Assembly (NCBI GenBank): GCA_034660535.1
Contig: JAYEJK010000148.1
Location: forward strand, 1 to 40,965
Direction: 5' to 3'
Length of the DNA: 40,965 nt
Source: Thermodesulfobacteriota bacterium
Lineage (GTDB): Bacteria; Desulfobacterota; Desulfobulbia; Desulfobulbales; DAOVYS01
Positions within the stretch are counted from its first letter, which is position 1. Each line of letters starts with the position of its first letter. A program made the translations under genes and the position numbers. The notes under the pieces are model-generated. The model was not told the DNA's origin. It saw only the letters and a program-made list of their open reading frames with translations, and did no database searches. Positions 1-7,325 of this stretch are shown piece by piece.

Positions 1-592
1 CATCCATGGGGCAGTTCAGATAGTCGCCCGGGCCGTCGTCATAACGGGACGCCTGAAAGATTATCCCCATGTCAAGGGAATCTGCATATACGATCGGGGC
101 AATGGCATCGTAAAAGGCGAGATGATCTCTGCCTGTAATCTCAAGCAGGGAATTCGCAAGCCCGGAAGAGGTCAGGGGGCCGGTGGCAATGATTACGGGT
201 GTTGAGGAAGGAGGAGGAATTTCGGTTACTTCTTCCCGTGATACGCTTATTAAAGGATGTTCATCAATGCGTTTGGTGATGTATTCGGCAAACCGATTCC
301 TGTCAACGGCAAGCGCCTTTCCGGCCGAGACACTGGTTTTGCCGGCAGCAGCCATGATCAGTGAGCCTGTCCGCCTCATTTCTTCTTTTAGAAGCCCGAC
401 AGCCGAATGAAGATCAGAGGAGCGAAGCGAGTTGCTGCATACGAGTTCTGCAAGAAACTTTGATTTATGGGCCGGGCTGAATTTTTTCGGCTTCATCTCG
501 TACAGGGTGACCCGGCAGTTACGTCCCGCAGCCTGCCACGCCGCTTCGCACCCGGCCAGGCCGCCTCCTATAATTGTGATTTCCCTGCTCAT
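1..592 (-). CDS. trmFO: Methylenetetrahydrofolate--tRNA-(uracil-5-)-methyltransferase TrmFO (Gid), N-terminal part; the 3' part lies off the left edge
   Basis: The minus-strand ATG at 592..590 opens a frame that stays open to position 1: [58 protein letters not shown]... It has the FAD-type GGGLAG motif and a TrmFO-like N-terminus. It is absent from the ORF track because its stop lies outside the window. The + ORFs 183..410 and 432..629 are antisense artefacts. Confidence 0.85.
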   Translation of the reverse strand, partial: MSREITIIGGGLAGCEAAWQAAGRNCRVTLYEMKPKKFSPAHKSKFLAELVCSNSLRSSDLHSAVGLLKEEMRRTGSLIMAAAGKTSVSAGKALAVDRNRFAEYITKRIDEHPLISVSREEVTEIPPPSSTPVIIATGPLTSSGLANSLLEITGRDHLAFYDAIAPIVYADSLDMGIIFQASRYDDGPGDYLNCPMD

Positions 593-633
593 TGACTTAG
601 ATGGTCCCTTTGAAATTTGCAATTCGTAACTTG

Positions 634-815
634 GGGATGTGGAAATAAATAACTTACCCATCTCCCATCCCATCTTCAGGCCATCTTCGATCAAGTAACC
701 ATTTTTAAAATCCTCAACGTAGCCCGGCTATGCCTGCGGTTTTAAAAGTGATTACTTAATCGAACCTGACCTAAATCTGAGCGCTATATGGGTAAGTTAT
801 TTATTTCCACATCCC
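634..815. mobile_element. MITE-like element, family 1 (variant a), 182 bp
   Basis: Terminal inverted repeats are GGGATGTGGAAATAAATAACTTACCCA and TGGGTAAGTTATTTATTTCCACATCCC. It is flanked by a direct TTG (631..633 and 816..818). The element folds as one long imperfect hairpin. Its central core (AAATCCTCA.CGTAGCCC.GCTA.GC.TGCGGTTT) is shared with the 1007..1187 element. Confidence 0.7.
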
Positions 816-898
816 TTGCAACCCGCAACCAACATACACAAATTATATTTGAAATAATAGTCCCAAAAACAGGCTACCAACTTAAAGCGGGACAATTC

Positions 899-969
899 GT
901 AGGGTGGGCACTGCCTACCATCGGCGATTGCTGCAAACCGGGTAGAATGGTGAACATTGCCCGCCCTAC
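899..969. repeat. 71-bp palindromic unit (GTAGGGTGGGCA ... TGCCCGCCCTAC)
   Basis: The outer arms at 899..910 and 958..969 are complementary at 11 of 12 positions. There is an inner CTACC/GGTAG pairing. It lies between two MITE copies in non-coding DNA. Confidence 0.5.
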
Positions 970-1006
970 TCTGTAACTCCCGGAAATTTCAAGGTGTCCC
1001 GGCTTA

Positions 1007-1187
1007 GGGTCTGGAAAGAAATAACTTGGATTTTCCGTTTCCGAACTGTATCACACCTTTAGCCGGTTTGACATCCCCGAAATCCTCACCGTAGCCCTGC
1101 TACGCTTGCGGTTTCGTGAATATCAAACCGACTAAATCTGCAACACATTTCGGATCGGAATTACCCAAGTTATTTCTTTCCAGACCC
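1007..1187. mobile_element. MITE-like element, family 1 (variant b), 181 bp, copy 1
   Basis: It has about 23-nt perfect terminal inverted repeats, GGGTCTGGAAAGAAATAACTTGG and CCAAGTTATTTCTTTCCAGACCC. It is flanked by a direct TTA (1004..1006 and 1188..1190). By manual comparison it is base-for-base identical to the reverse complement of 20313..20493. Confidence 0.85.
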
Positions 1188-1204
1188 TTAAGTTGGTAGC
1201 CCTA

Positions 1205-1252
1205 AAACATTAAGGCCAACCCTGTTGGCGGCAGGATTGGCCTTAATGTTTG
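1205..1252. repeat. Perfect 15-bp inverted repeat with an 18-nt loop
   Basis: AAACATTAAGGCCAA (1205..1219) pairs with TTGGCCTTAATGTTT (1238..1252). No convincing T-tract follows on either strand, so it is not called a terminator. Confidence 0.5.
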
Positions 1253-1584
1253 TTACTTTACACTTAATTATACGGAAGGAGAAATAAGAGAAATAAGTGT
1301 AATGATTGTGATAAATATTAGGACCGCCTGATCTGAAAATGGTTCCAAAAAAATAAAAATTTTTATAAAAGGTAACTATCCGTGGTAGTTGATTTTTTGA
1401 AAACCATGATGAGGCGTCCCGATCATATTGACTATAAAAATAATCATGTAAATTCCATTATGTGCCGATAATCAGGTTAAAAGAATCGTACTCGTTGCGC
1501 ACCCATTCGAAGTAAAAGGGTTGCACAATCTCCGTCCTGTAATCGTTTACAAAGAATCATTTTTCTACATATGAGTATGCTCTA

Positions 1585-2232
1585 ATGAAAATATTTGTCA
1601 GGGAAACATCAACCTCTTTGGAGAGGAAGAAAAGACCGGTAGTTGCCAGGCGACGGAGGGTGGAGCGGCGTAAAAAGGCACGGGACCGACGTAATTCGGC
1701 CGGTAATGGATTGGTCGTAAGTCTTTCCACTCGTTTGGGCAAAGGACAACAAAAAAAGGAACGTCGGAAGAACATTTGGGATCGCCGTACAGCTCGTGAC
1801 CCCGGTTATGTAGTCGAATTATCCGCCAACAACCATGCGGTCGCCGGTTCCAGTAAGGAAGAGAAGGCCGGGACCACATCCGATCATACCGATTCTGTCG
1901 ATTCTACTTTGGAGAGGAAGAAAAGACCGGTAGTTGCCAGGCGACAGAAGGTGGAGCGGCGTAAAAAGGCACGGGACCGACGTAATTCGGCCGGTAATGG
2001 ATTGGTCGTAAGTCTTTCCACTCGTTTGGGCAAAGGACAACAAAAAAAGGAACGTCGGAAGAACATTTGGGATCGCCGTACAGCTCGTGACCCCGGTTAT
2101 GTAGTCGAATTATCCGCCAACAACCATGCGGTCGCCGGTTCCAGTAAGGAAGAGAAGGCCGGGACCACATCCGATCATACCGATTCTGTCGATTCTACTG
2201 AAAGCCGACATCATATCCACGTATCTGTCTAG
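1585..2232 (+). CDS. Hypothetical Lys/Arg-rich protein with four ERRKxxxDRRx5GxVVxLS motifs
   Basis: A 215-codon ORF stays open across both copies of a 291-bp tandem duplication, and 291 is a multiple of 3. The composition is strongly basic and non-random. No clear SD precedes the ATG, and the minus-strand ORFs here look like shadows. Confidence 0.45.
   Translation: MKIFVRETSTSLERKKRPVVARRRRVERRKKARDRRNSAGNGLVVSLSTRLGKGQQKKERRKNIWDRRTARDPGYVVELSANNHAVAGSSKEEKAGTTSDHTDSVDSTLERKKRPVVARRQKVERRKKARDRRNSAGNGLVVSLSTRLGKGQQKKERRKNIWDRRTARDPGYVVELSANNHAVAGSSKEEKAGTTSDHTDSVDSTESRHHIHVSV
1616..2199. repeat. Tandem direct repeat, 2 x 291 bp
   Basis: Unit 1 is 1616..1906 and unit 2 is 1907..2197, plus 2 nt. 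By eye there are only two differences (CGACGGAGGGTGG versus CGACAGAAGGTGG), both non-synonymous (RRR to RQK). Confidence 0.95.
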
Positions 2233-2269
2233 ATTTTTCATCTGTCCGATTCCAGTACAACTTACCCCC

Positions 2270-2298
2270 TTGATGCACTCGCAAAAAGTCCTTATAGT
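2270..2298 (+). promoter_or_regulatory. Candidate sigma70-type promoter upstream of ychF
   Basis: TTGATG (2270..2275), then a 17-nt spacer, then TATAGT (2293..2298), about 135 nt upstream of the ychF ATG. Confidence 0.35.
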
Positions 2299-2431
2299 GG
2301 TGTCATTTGGATCTATTCGCAAAAAGTACTTTTCGGAATTATCGCCACCAATGATATCAATAAATTACAGATGGTTAACGCTTTGGTCGAGTGATTTTTA
2401 CGAGACAAATAATATTACAGGAAAATAAATT

Positions 2432-3514
2432 ATGGGACTTAATTGTGGGCTGGTGGGGCTTCCGGGTTGCGGCAAGACCACTATTTACAATGCTGTTACG
2501 GCTGCCGGAGCTGTGGGTTTCGGTGGTTCGGAGATGAATCGTGCAGTGATTAAGATGCCTGACCCGCGCATACAACCTCTGGTTGACCTGTACAAACCTC
2601 CGAAAATCGTGCCCGCCACGCTGGAAATCGTGGACATCCCGGGGCTGAAATCAGGCTCCACTGCTAATGAAGGGCGCGGCGCCAAGCTTCTCGGGCATAT
2701 AAAGGAAGTTGACGCACTACTTCATGTGGTGCGTTGCTTTGAAGACGACAATCTACCATTTGAGTACGATACGATTGATTCGTGTCGGGACGTTGAAACT
2801 GTTGACCTGGAATTGATCGTTGCTGACAGCCAGACCTTGACCAACAAGATCAAGCGTCTATCCAAGAAGGTCAAGGGCGATAAAGAATTGGCAGGGGAAC
2901 TGGCAGACTGTGAGAAGGTGAAAGCTGGCCTGGATGATGGAGTGCCGGCGCGCAGGCAGAATCTCACTGATCATGAAATAAAAAGCATATATGACTGCCA
3001 TCTGGTTTCATTGAAACCCGTACTCTATATTGCCAATATTGGGTCTATGGATGACATAGGTAACAAACACGTCAAGGCACTGGAAGCAATCGTAAACGAG
3101 GAAGGCGCCTCAATGCTTGCTATCAGCGGCAGGGACGAGGCGGAAATAAGCCGGCTGGATCCCGAGGATCGCCAGGAATTTCTTGATGAGCTTGGTCTTA
3201 AGGAATCATCCATGGAACGACTGCTTCGCGCAGCCTACGGGATGCTGGGCCTGGTGAATTTTTTTACAGCCGGTGAGACGGAGGTCCATGTCTGGACATG
3301 CCGTAAAGGGGATACTGCTCCGGTTGCGGCAGGGCGCATCCATACGGATATGGAAATGGGTTTTATCCGGATGGAGATCATCAGGTATGAGGATCTTGTT
3401 AAACTGGGAAGTGAACAGGCTGTTGTAAAAGCAGGAAAACAGCGTCTTGAGGGAAAGACGTATGAAGTGAAAGATGGTGATATAGTGGTTGTACGTTTTA
3501 ATGCGTCAAAATAA
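2432..3514 (+). CDS. ychF: Ribosome-binding / redox-regulated ATPase YchF
   Basis: 360 aa. MGLNCGLVGLPGCGKTTIYNAVT is the P-loop GxxxxGKT. The sequence ...HVVRCFEDDN... and the C-terminal ...YEVKDGDIVVVRFN are typical YchF/OLA1 signatures. Confidence 0.93.
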   Translation: MGLNCGLVGLPGCGKTTIYNAVTAAGAVGFGGSEMNRAVIKMPDPRIQPLVDLYKPPKIVPATLEIVDIPGLKSGSTANEGRGAKLLGHIKEVDALLHVVRCFEDDNLPFEYDTIDSCRDVETVDLELIVADSQTLTNKIKRLSKKVKGDKELAGELADCEKVKAGLDDGVPARRQNLTDHEIKSIYDCHLVSLKPVLYIANIGSMDDIGNKHVKALEAIVNEEGASMLAISGRDEAEISRLDPEDRQEFLDELGLKESSMERLLRAAYGMLGLVNFFTAGETEVHVWTCRKGDTAPVAAGRIHTDMEMGFIRMEIIRYEDLVKLGSEQAVVKAGKQRLEGKTYEVKDGDIVVVRFNASK

Positions 3515-3563
3515 TTTTTTTCTGCCGGGAGAAGTCAAACTGTTTGGCTTGAGCCCTTCTTTT

Positions 3564-3742
3564 GTAACCGTTCAGAGGCGCCCCATATTTTGCAGACTCC
3601 TTAAGAATGTAATCGTTCTCAGGCGCTCCATATGGGCGCTAGCAGTTCGGCTCACTATATAAGTAATATGTGAGCCGGGCTGATCGCACCCCAAGGGCAC
3701 TTCCGTTGGGCGCGTTCAGATGGAGGGCCTGTGAACGATTAC
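3564..3742. repeat. Composite palindromic repeat, family 4 (GTAA[C/T]CGTTCA[G/C]AGGCGCCCC arms), copy 1
   Basis: It starts with GTAACCGTTCAGAGGCGCCCCA, carries an internal GTAATCGTTCTCAGGCGCTCCA, and ends with CCTGTGAACGATTAC. It aligns along its length with the reverse complement of 26474..26624. It sits directly after the ychF stop. Confidence 0.75.
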
Positions 3743-3895
3743 CTTATTTTTTACTTCTTCACGATTCTGTTTAAGGATCTCCCGCACCATAGTGTCGAAT
3801 TCCAGCGGTGTTTTGTCTACATAAATTGAGGACTTGGACAGTATTTCTCTTACTTCTTTTTCCGTGTAGAGTTTTTTTTTAAAATTTTTTTTCAT
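3716..3895 (-). CDS. Small hypothetical protein (59 aa)
   Basis: ATG at 3895..3893: MKKNFKKKLYTEKEVREILSKSSIYVDKTPLEFDTMVREILKQNREEVKNKVIVHRPSI. The last 8 codons and the stop lie inside the family-4 repeat arm. The listed 125-aa ORF 3716..4093 runs through tRNA-Cys, so only this shorter form is tenable. Confidence 0.3.
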   Translation of the reverse strand: MKKNFKKKLYTEKEVREILSKSSIYVDKTPLEFDTMVREILKQNREEVKNKVIVHRPSI

Positions 3896-3927
3896 TATAA
3901 CAGCCTTGTTCCGGCAGGCCTTTGATT

Positions 3928-4003
3928 TGGAGGCGGCGACCGGAGTCGAACCGGTGAATAACGGTTTTGCAGACCGCTGCCTTAGCCACTTGGCTACGCC
4001 GCC
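3928..4003 (-). tRNA. tRNA-Cys (anticodon GCA)
   Basis: The reverse complement is GGCGGCGTAGCCAAGTGGCTAAGGCAGCGGTCTGCAAAACCGTTATTCACCGGTTCGACTCCGGTCGCCGCCTCCA. It folds as a cloverleaf with a 7-bp acceptor stem, a CUGCAAA anticodon loop, a GTTCGACTCC T-arm, the U73 discriminator typical of tRNA-Cys, and an encoded CCA. Confidence 0.93.
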
Positions 4004-4204
4004 CTCAACCAAAAAACCGAACAATTTTAAACCCTGACAAGATTTTTGACAAGGACAAAAGTGAAGAAAAAGCGAATTATTGAAAATCCGCATGAAATCA
4101 GGCCGCGAGAAAAGCTTGATGCACTCGTAAAAAGTCGCGAGTAATGTTCACGATGGACCTTAGTATTTATTTTGCGATGTCATCAGGCTTGATTTTTAGT
4201 TGCA

Positions 4205-4954
4205 GTGACATTATCCGGGATGTACACTTTTACCATGACATTAACACTGGAATCACTTACAGACCAAAATCGGACGGCTTTGGCTGAACTGGAAGGCGAA
4301 CTCGGGTACGGATTCAAATACCGGACCCTTCTGCAGAAGGCATTGCTTCATAAGTCCTATGCGTATGAACAGGGCAGATCGATTGGTCTGAACAATGAGA
4401 CGTTGGAATTCCTAGGAGATGCCGTGCTGGGGCTCATTGTGGGTCATATGCTGTTTGAGCGTTTTCCGGAAATGAACGAAGGAGAATTAACCAAACTGAG
4501 GTCCGGGTTGGTCAAGGAAGGTCATTTGGCTGTCATGGCCAAAGCTATCGGACTCGGGAAATATCTTCTGCTCGGCAAGGGTGAGGATGCATCCAACGGT
4601 CGAGAAAAGCCGTCTATTCTTGCGTGTACGTACGAGGCTGTCATAGGCTCTATCTTCCTGGACCGGGGATATGAGGCATCAAATAATTTTGTTGAGAGAC
4701 ACTTTGTTTCCCGGATTGCCGAACAGAAAGAGGCAATGTATTTTTCCGATTTCAAGAGCAGGTTGCAGGAGATATTTCAGGAGAAGTACAACCATGCGCC
4801 AATCTACGAGGTTGAAAAGGAGGAAGGCCCTGATCACGACAAGGTTTTCACTGTGTGTGTAAAGTTCCGCGGTAAAGCCTTGGCTTTCGGAACCGCGGGG
4901 AGCAAAAAAGAGGCTGAGCAAAAGGCGGCGGCATTAGCCCTACAGGATCTTTAA
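4205..4954 (+). CDS. rnc: Ribonuclease III
   Basis: ...LGYGFKYRTLLQKALLHKSYAYE...NETLEFLGDAVLGLIV... carries the RNase III signature ExLEFLGD. The C-terminal dsRBD reads ...GPDHDKVFTVCVKFRGKALAFGTAGSKKEAEQKAA. The start is uncertain: GTG at 4205, or ATG at 4220 or 4235. Confidence 0.92.
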   Translation: MTLSGMYTFTMTLTLESLTDQNRTALAELEGELGYGFKYRTLLQKALLHKSYAYEQGRSIGLNNETLEFLGDAVLGLIVGHMLFERFPEMNEGELTKLRSGLVKEGHLAVMAKAIGLGKYLLLGKGEDASNGREKPSILACTYEAVIGSIFLDRGYEASNNFVERHFVSRIAEQKEAMYFSDFKSRLQEIFQEKYNHAPIYEVEKEEGPDHDKVFTVCVKFRGKALAFGTAGSKKEAEQKAAALALQDL

Positions 4955-4961
4955 ACAACCT

Positions 4962-5990
4962 ATGCCTCCATTTGTTATTCCACTTTTTATTGCACACCAG
5001 GGGTGCCCGCATCGCTGTATTTTCTGCAATCAGCATGTTATTGCAGGCGGAGCCGGCGATAGAGGCGGGCGGATCACGGCAGGGGATGTTGAAAAGGAGA
5101 TAATCAAGCGACTTTCATGGCCGCGGAAACATCCGGAAAGCGAGGTCCAGGTCGCTTTTTACGGGGGCAGTTTCACAGGGCTGTCTCAGGAAAGGCAGGA
5201 GGAGTTGCTTGGCGCTGTTCAGCCTTTTCTAAACCAAGGCACGGTAAAAGTTGTCAGGCTTTCCACGAGGCCGGATTATGTGAATCACGAAACCCCTGCT
5301 TTTTTACAGAACAGGGGCGTGGGAATTGTCGAACTTGGAGTACAATCCATGGATTCGGCGGTGCTTGCAAAAAGCCTGAGGGGTCACACGGATGATCAGG
5401 TTGAGTCAGCCTTTGATATTTTAAAACAGGCCGGCTTGAAAGTCGCGGGGCAGTTAATGATCGGACTGCCAGGTGAGACTACGGCAGGGCTCCTGGCCGG
5501 CGCCCGCCGTCTTGCGAGCCTGAAACCCGATTTTATAAGAATATATCCGACTCTGGTTGTCAGAGGCAGCGGACTGGCAAATTTTTATAAAGCAGGTAAA
5601 TACAGGCCGCTTTCCTTGAACAGGGCCGTGGCTCTGACTGCCGGATTAAAGAGAATTTTTGACCGGCACGGAATCAGAATTGTACGGATGGGGCTTCAGC
5701 CCTCGTCTTCTCTTGAGGAGAATCTTCTCGCAGGGCCTTATCACCCGGCATTCGGGGAATTGGTTCTTTCCAGGATGATGTTTAAGAGGACGCGTGAGAT
5801 TTTGTCCTGCATAAAGGGGGCGAAGAAAAAAGAAATTTCTGTTTCCGCGGCTGATGAGTCTATTTTCAGGGGGCAGGGAAAAATGAATCTCAATCGGCTT
5901 GATTCCCTTGGACTGATGGATGGAATCCGTGTATTGTTTGATCCGGAACAGCCGCGAAATACTGTTAGAAGTGTGAATTGTGAAGGCTGA
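4962..5990 (+). CDS. Radical SAM protein (ELP3/MiaB/NifB-type superfamily)
   Basis: 342 aa. The N-terminal FIAHQGCPHRCIFCNQ carries the CxxxCxxC 4Fe-4S/SAM cluster motif. It lies 8 nt downstream of rnc on the same strand. Confidence 0.8.
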   Translation: MPPFVIPLFIAHQGCPHRCIFCNQHVIAGGAGDRGGRITAGDVEKEIIKRLSWPRKHPESEVQVAFYGGSFTGLSQERQEELLGAVQPFLNQGTVKVVRLSTRPDYVNHETPAFLQNRGVGIVELGVQSMDSAVLAKSLRGHTDDQVESAFDILKQAGLKVAGQLMIGLPGETTAGLLAGARRLASLKPDFIRIYPTLVVRGSGLANFYKAGKYRPLSLNRAVALTAGLKRIFDRHGIRIVRMGLQPSSSLEENLLAGPYHPAFGELVLSRMMFKRTREILSCIKGAKKKEISVSAADESIFRGQGKMNLNRLDSLGLMDGIRVLFDPEQPRNTVRSVNCEG

Positions 5991-6001
5991 AGGGTAAAAA
6001 A

Positions 6002-6385
6002 ATGGATTCTTTGAGGTTGATTGCTGAGAGAAAGATCACCAAGGCCATCAAGGAGGGAACTTTAAACACCGAGGGGTGGAAAGGCAGACCTCTGCCCATG
6101 GAGGATGATCACCTGATCCCGGCCGATCTCAAGATGGCCTACAAGATGCTTAAGAACGCGGGTTTTGTGCCGCCTGAGATCGAGGCGAAAAAGGAAATCC
6201 ATAAGCTTGAAGAAATGATTGCTCAGACCGAGGATGAGCATGTGCGGATAAAGCAGCTCAAAAAACTCGACTTACTGCTTTTCAAGCTGAACGTTCAGAT
6301 GAATCGGCCGATAAATTTGGAGGAAAATAAAAAATACCACAGAAAAGTGGTGGAGAAGATAACTGTCAAACAGTCTCCGCCTTGA
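6002..6385 (+). CDS. DUF1992 (DnaJ-C28-like) domain protein
   Basis: IAERKITKAIKEGTLNTEGWKGRPLPMEDD...ADLKMAYKMLKNAGFVPPEIE matches the DUF1992 pattern (ErkI.eA...G.fdnl.GkGkPL ... N.g..P). Confidence 0.7.
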   Translation: MDSLRLIAERKITKAIKEGTLNTEGWKGRPLPMEDDHLIPADLKMAYKMLKNAGFVPPEIEAKKEIHKLEEMIAQTEDEHVRIKQLKKLDLLLFKLNVQMNRPINLEENKKYHRKVVEKITVKQSPP

Positions 6386-7325
6386 GAAAAACCCTGATGG
6401 GCGCGGGATATCCCTCCACTGTGCGGGATTTATCCTCAGGGTCAATAAAGTCCTCAAATGATTCATACTGCATCCAGTCCGTACGTCGCTGTTCAAGGTT
6501 GTTCATCGGATGAGTGCGGAAGATTTCTACGTTTTTAAATCCTGTCCGGACCATCCAATTTTTCAGGCACGCTGCCGTCGGCACAAAATAGATGCCGGGC
6601 GCCTTTGCATACCGTTTTTCCGGAAACAGGGCCACAGGCTCATCTCCCGGAATGGCCTGGGATTCAACAATAATAGCGCCGCCGGGCCGCATTGCCTTCC
6701 TGATATTCTTAAGCACATCAACCGGCGATGCCCGGTGATAGATGATCCCCATCAAAAAGACCACGTCAAAGACGCCTTCAAAGAGCCCGATCTGTTCAAC
6801 TCCCAGCAGTTCCATCTTCAGGTTGCCTATCCCGGCAAAGCTGTTTAAGGTCTTGAATGTGAAGTAATGCTGGAGATACGGATCAAAACCCATAACCCAT
6901 CCGGGTTTATGGTGGGCCATTCGGAACATGTAGTATCCGTTATTGCAACCTATGTCGGCCACGATCTTACCTTTAATATCCGGAAGATCAGGAAGCACCA
7001 TGTTCCATTTCCGTTCGCTGCGCCATTCTGCGTTGATATCGATTCCAAATACGCTGAACGGCCCCTTTCGCCATGGCATGAAAGCACGCATGACTTTAAG
7101 GACCTTTTTGCGCTCTTTTTCCGAGATTTCCTCCTCTCGGCCGATGATTACCACGTCCCCTGACACATCCACGAATTCAGCGTGAATGTGACTCACCGAT
7201 TCGCAGGGTTCCCTGAAACGAACTACACCTTTTTTATCGGTTTCGAGCTGACTGCGGCTATCTTCAATCGCACGCCGAATTTCGTCTTTCCGTTTGGTCC
7301 GGATGTTATTTAAGATGTCGAGCAT
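6366..7325 (-). CDS. cmoB: tRNA U34 carboxymethyltransferase CmoB
   Basis: ...MPWRKGPFSVFGIDINAEWRSERKWNMVLPDL...IADIGCNNGYYMFRM...RTVEGYPAPIRVFL is collinear with E. coli CmoB. The start is placed at the internal ATG 7325 (MLDILNN...). The ORF-track start at 7385 would overlap the upstream gene by 80 nt. Confidence 0.88.
   Translation of the reverse strand: MLDILNNIRTKRKDEIRRAIEDSRSQLETDKKGVVRFREPCESVSHIHAEFVDVSGDVVIIGREEEISEKERKKVLKVMRAFMPWRKGPFSVFGIDINAEWRSERKWNMVLPDLPDIKGKIVADIGCNNGYYMFRMAHHKPGWVMGFDPYLQHYFTFKTLNSFAGIGNLKMELLGVEQIGLFEGVFDVVFLMGIIYHRASPVDVLKNIRKAMRPGGAIIVESQAIPGDEPVALFPEKRYAKAPGIYFVPTAACLKNWMVRTGFKNVEIFRTHPMNNLEQRRTDWMQYESFEDFIDPEDKSRTVEGYPAPIRVFLKAETV

Noticed and set aside
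183-629. + strand ORFs 183..410 and 432..629
   Set aside because: They lie antisense to a clear TrmFO N-terminal coding frame on the minus strand. Their translations are low-complexity with no motifs.
788-976. ORF 788..976 (+)
   Set aside because: It starts inside the right TIR of the 634..815 MITE and runs through the 899..969 palindromic unit. It is repeat-derived rather than coding.
1585-2232. Possible PilZ-like c-di-GMP motif (RxxxR ... D/NxSxxG) in the Lys/Arg-rich repeat protein
   Set aside because: RKKAR is present, but the following ...DRRNSAGNG does not fit D/NxSxxG. The spacing is also far shorter than in PilZ domains.
1598-2322. Minus-strand ORFs overlapping the tandem repeat (1598..1879, 1904..2170 and others)
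   Set aside because: They are duplicated shadows of the repeat with Trp/Pro/Cys-rich improbable composition. The + frame is the only one open across both units.
3716-4093. 125-aa ORF 3716..4093 (-)
   Set aside because: Its N-terminal half is the reverse-strand reading of tRNA-Cys and flanking DNA. Only the 59-aa downstream portion was retained, and at low confidence.
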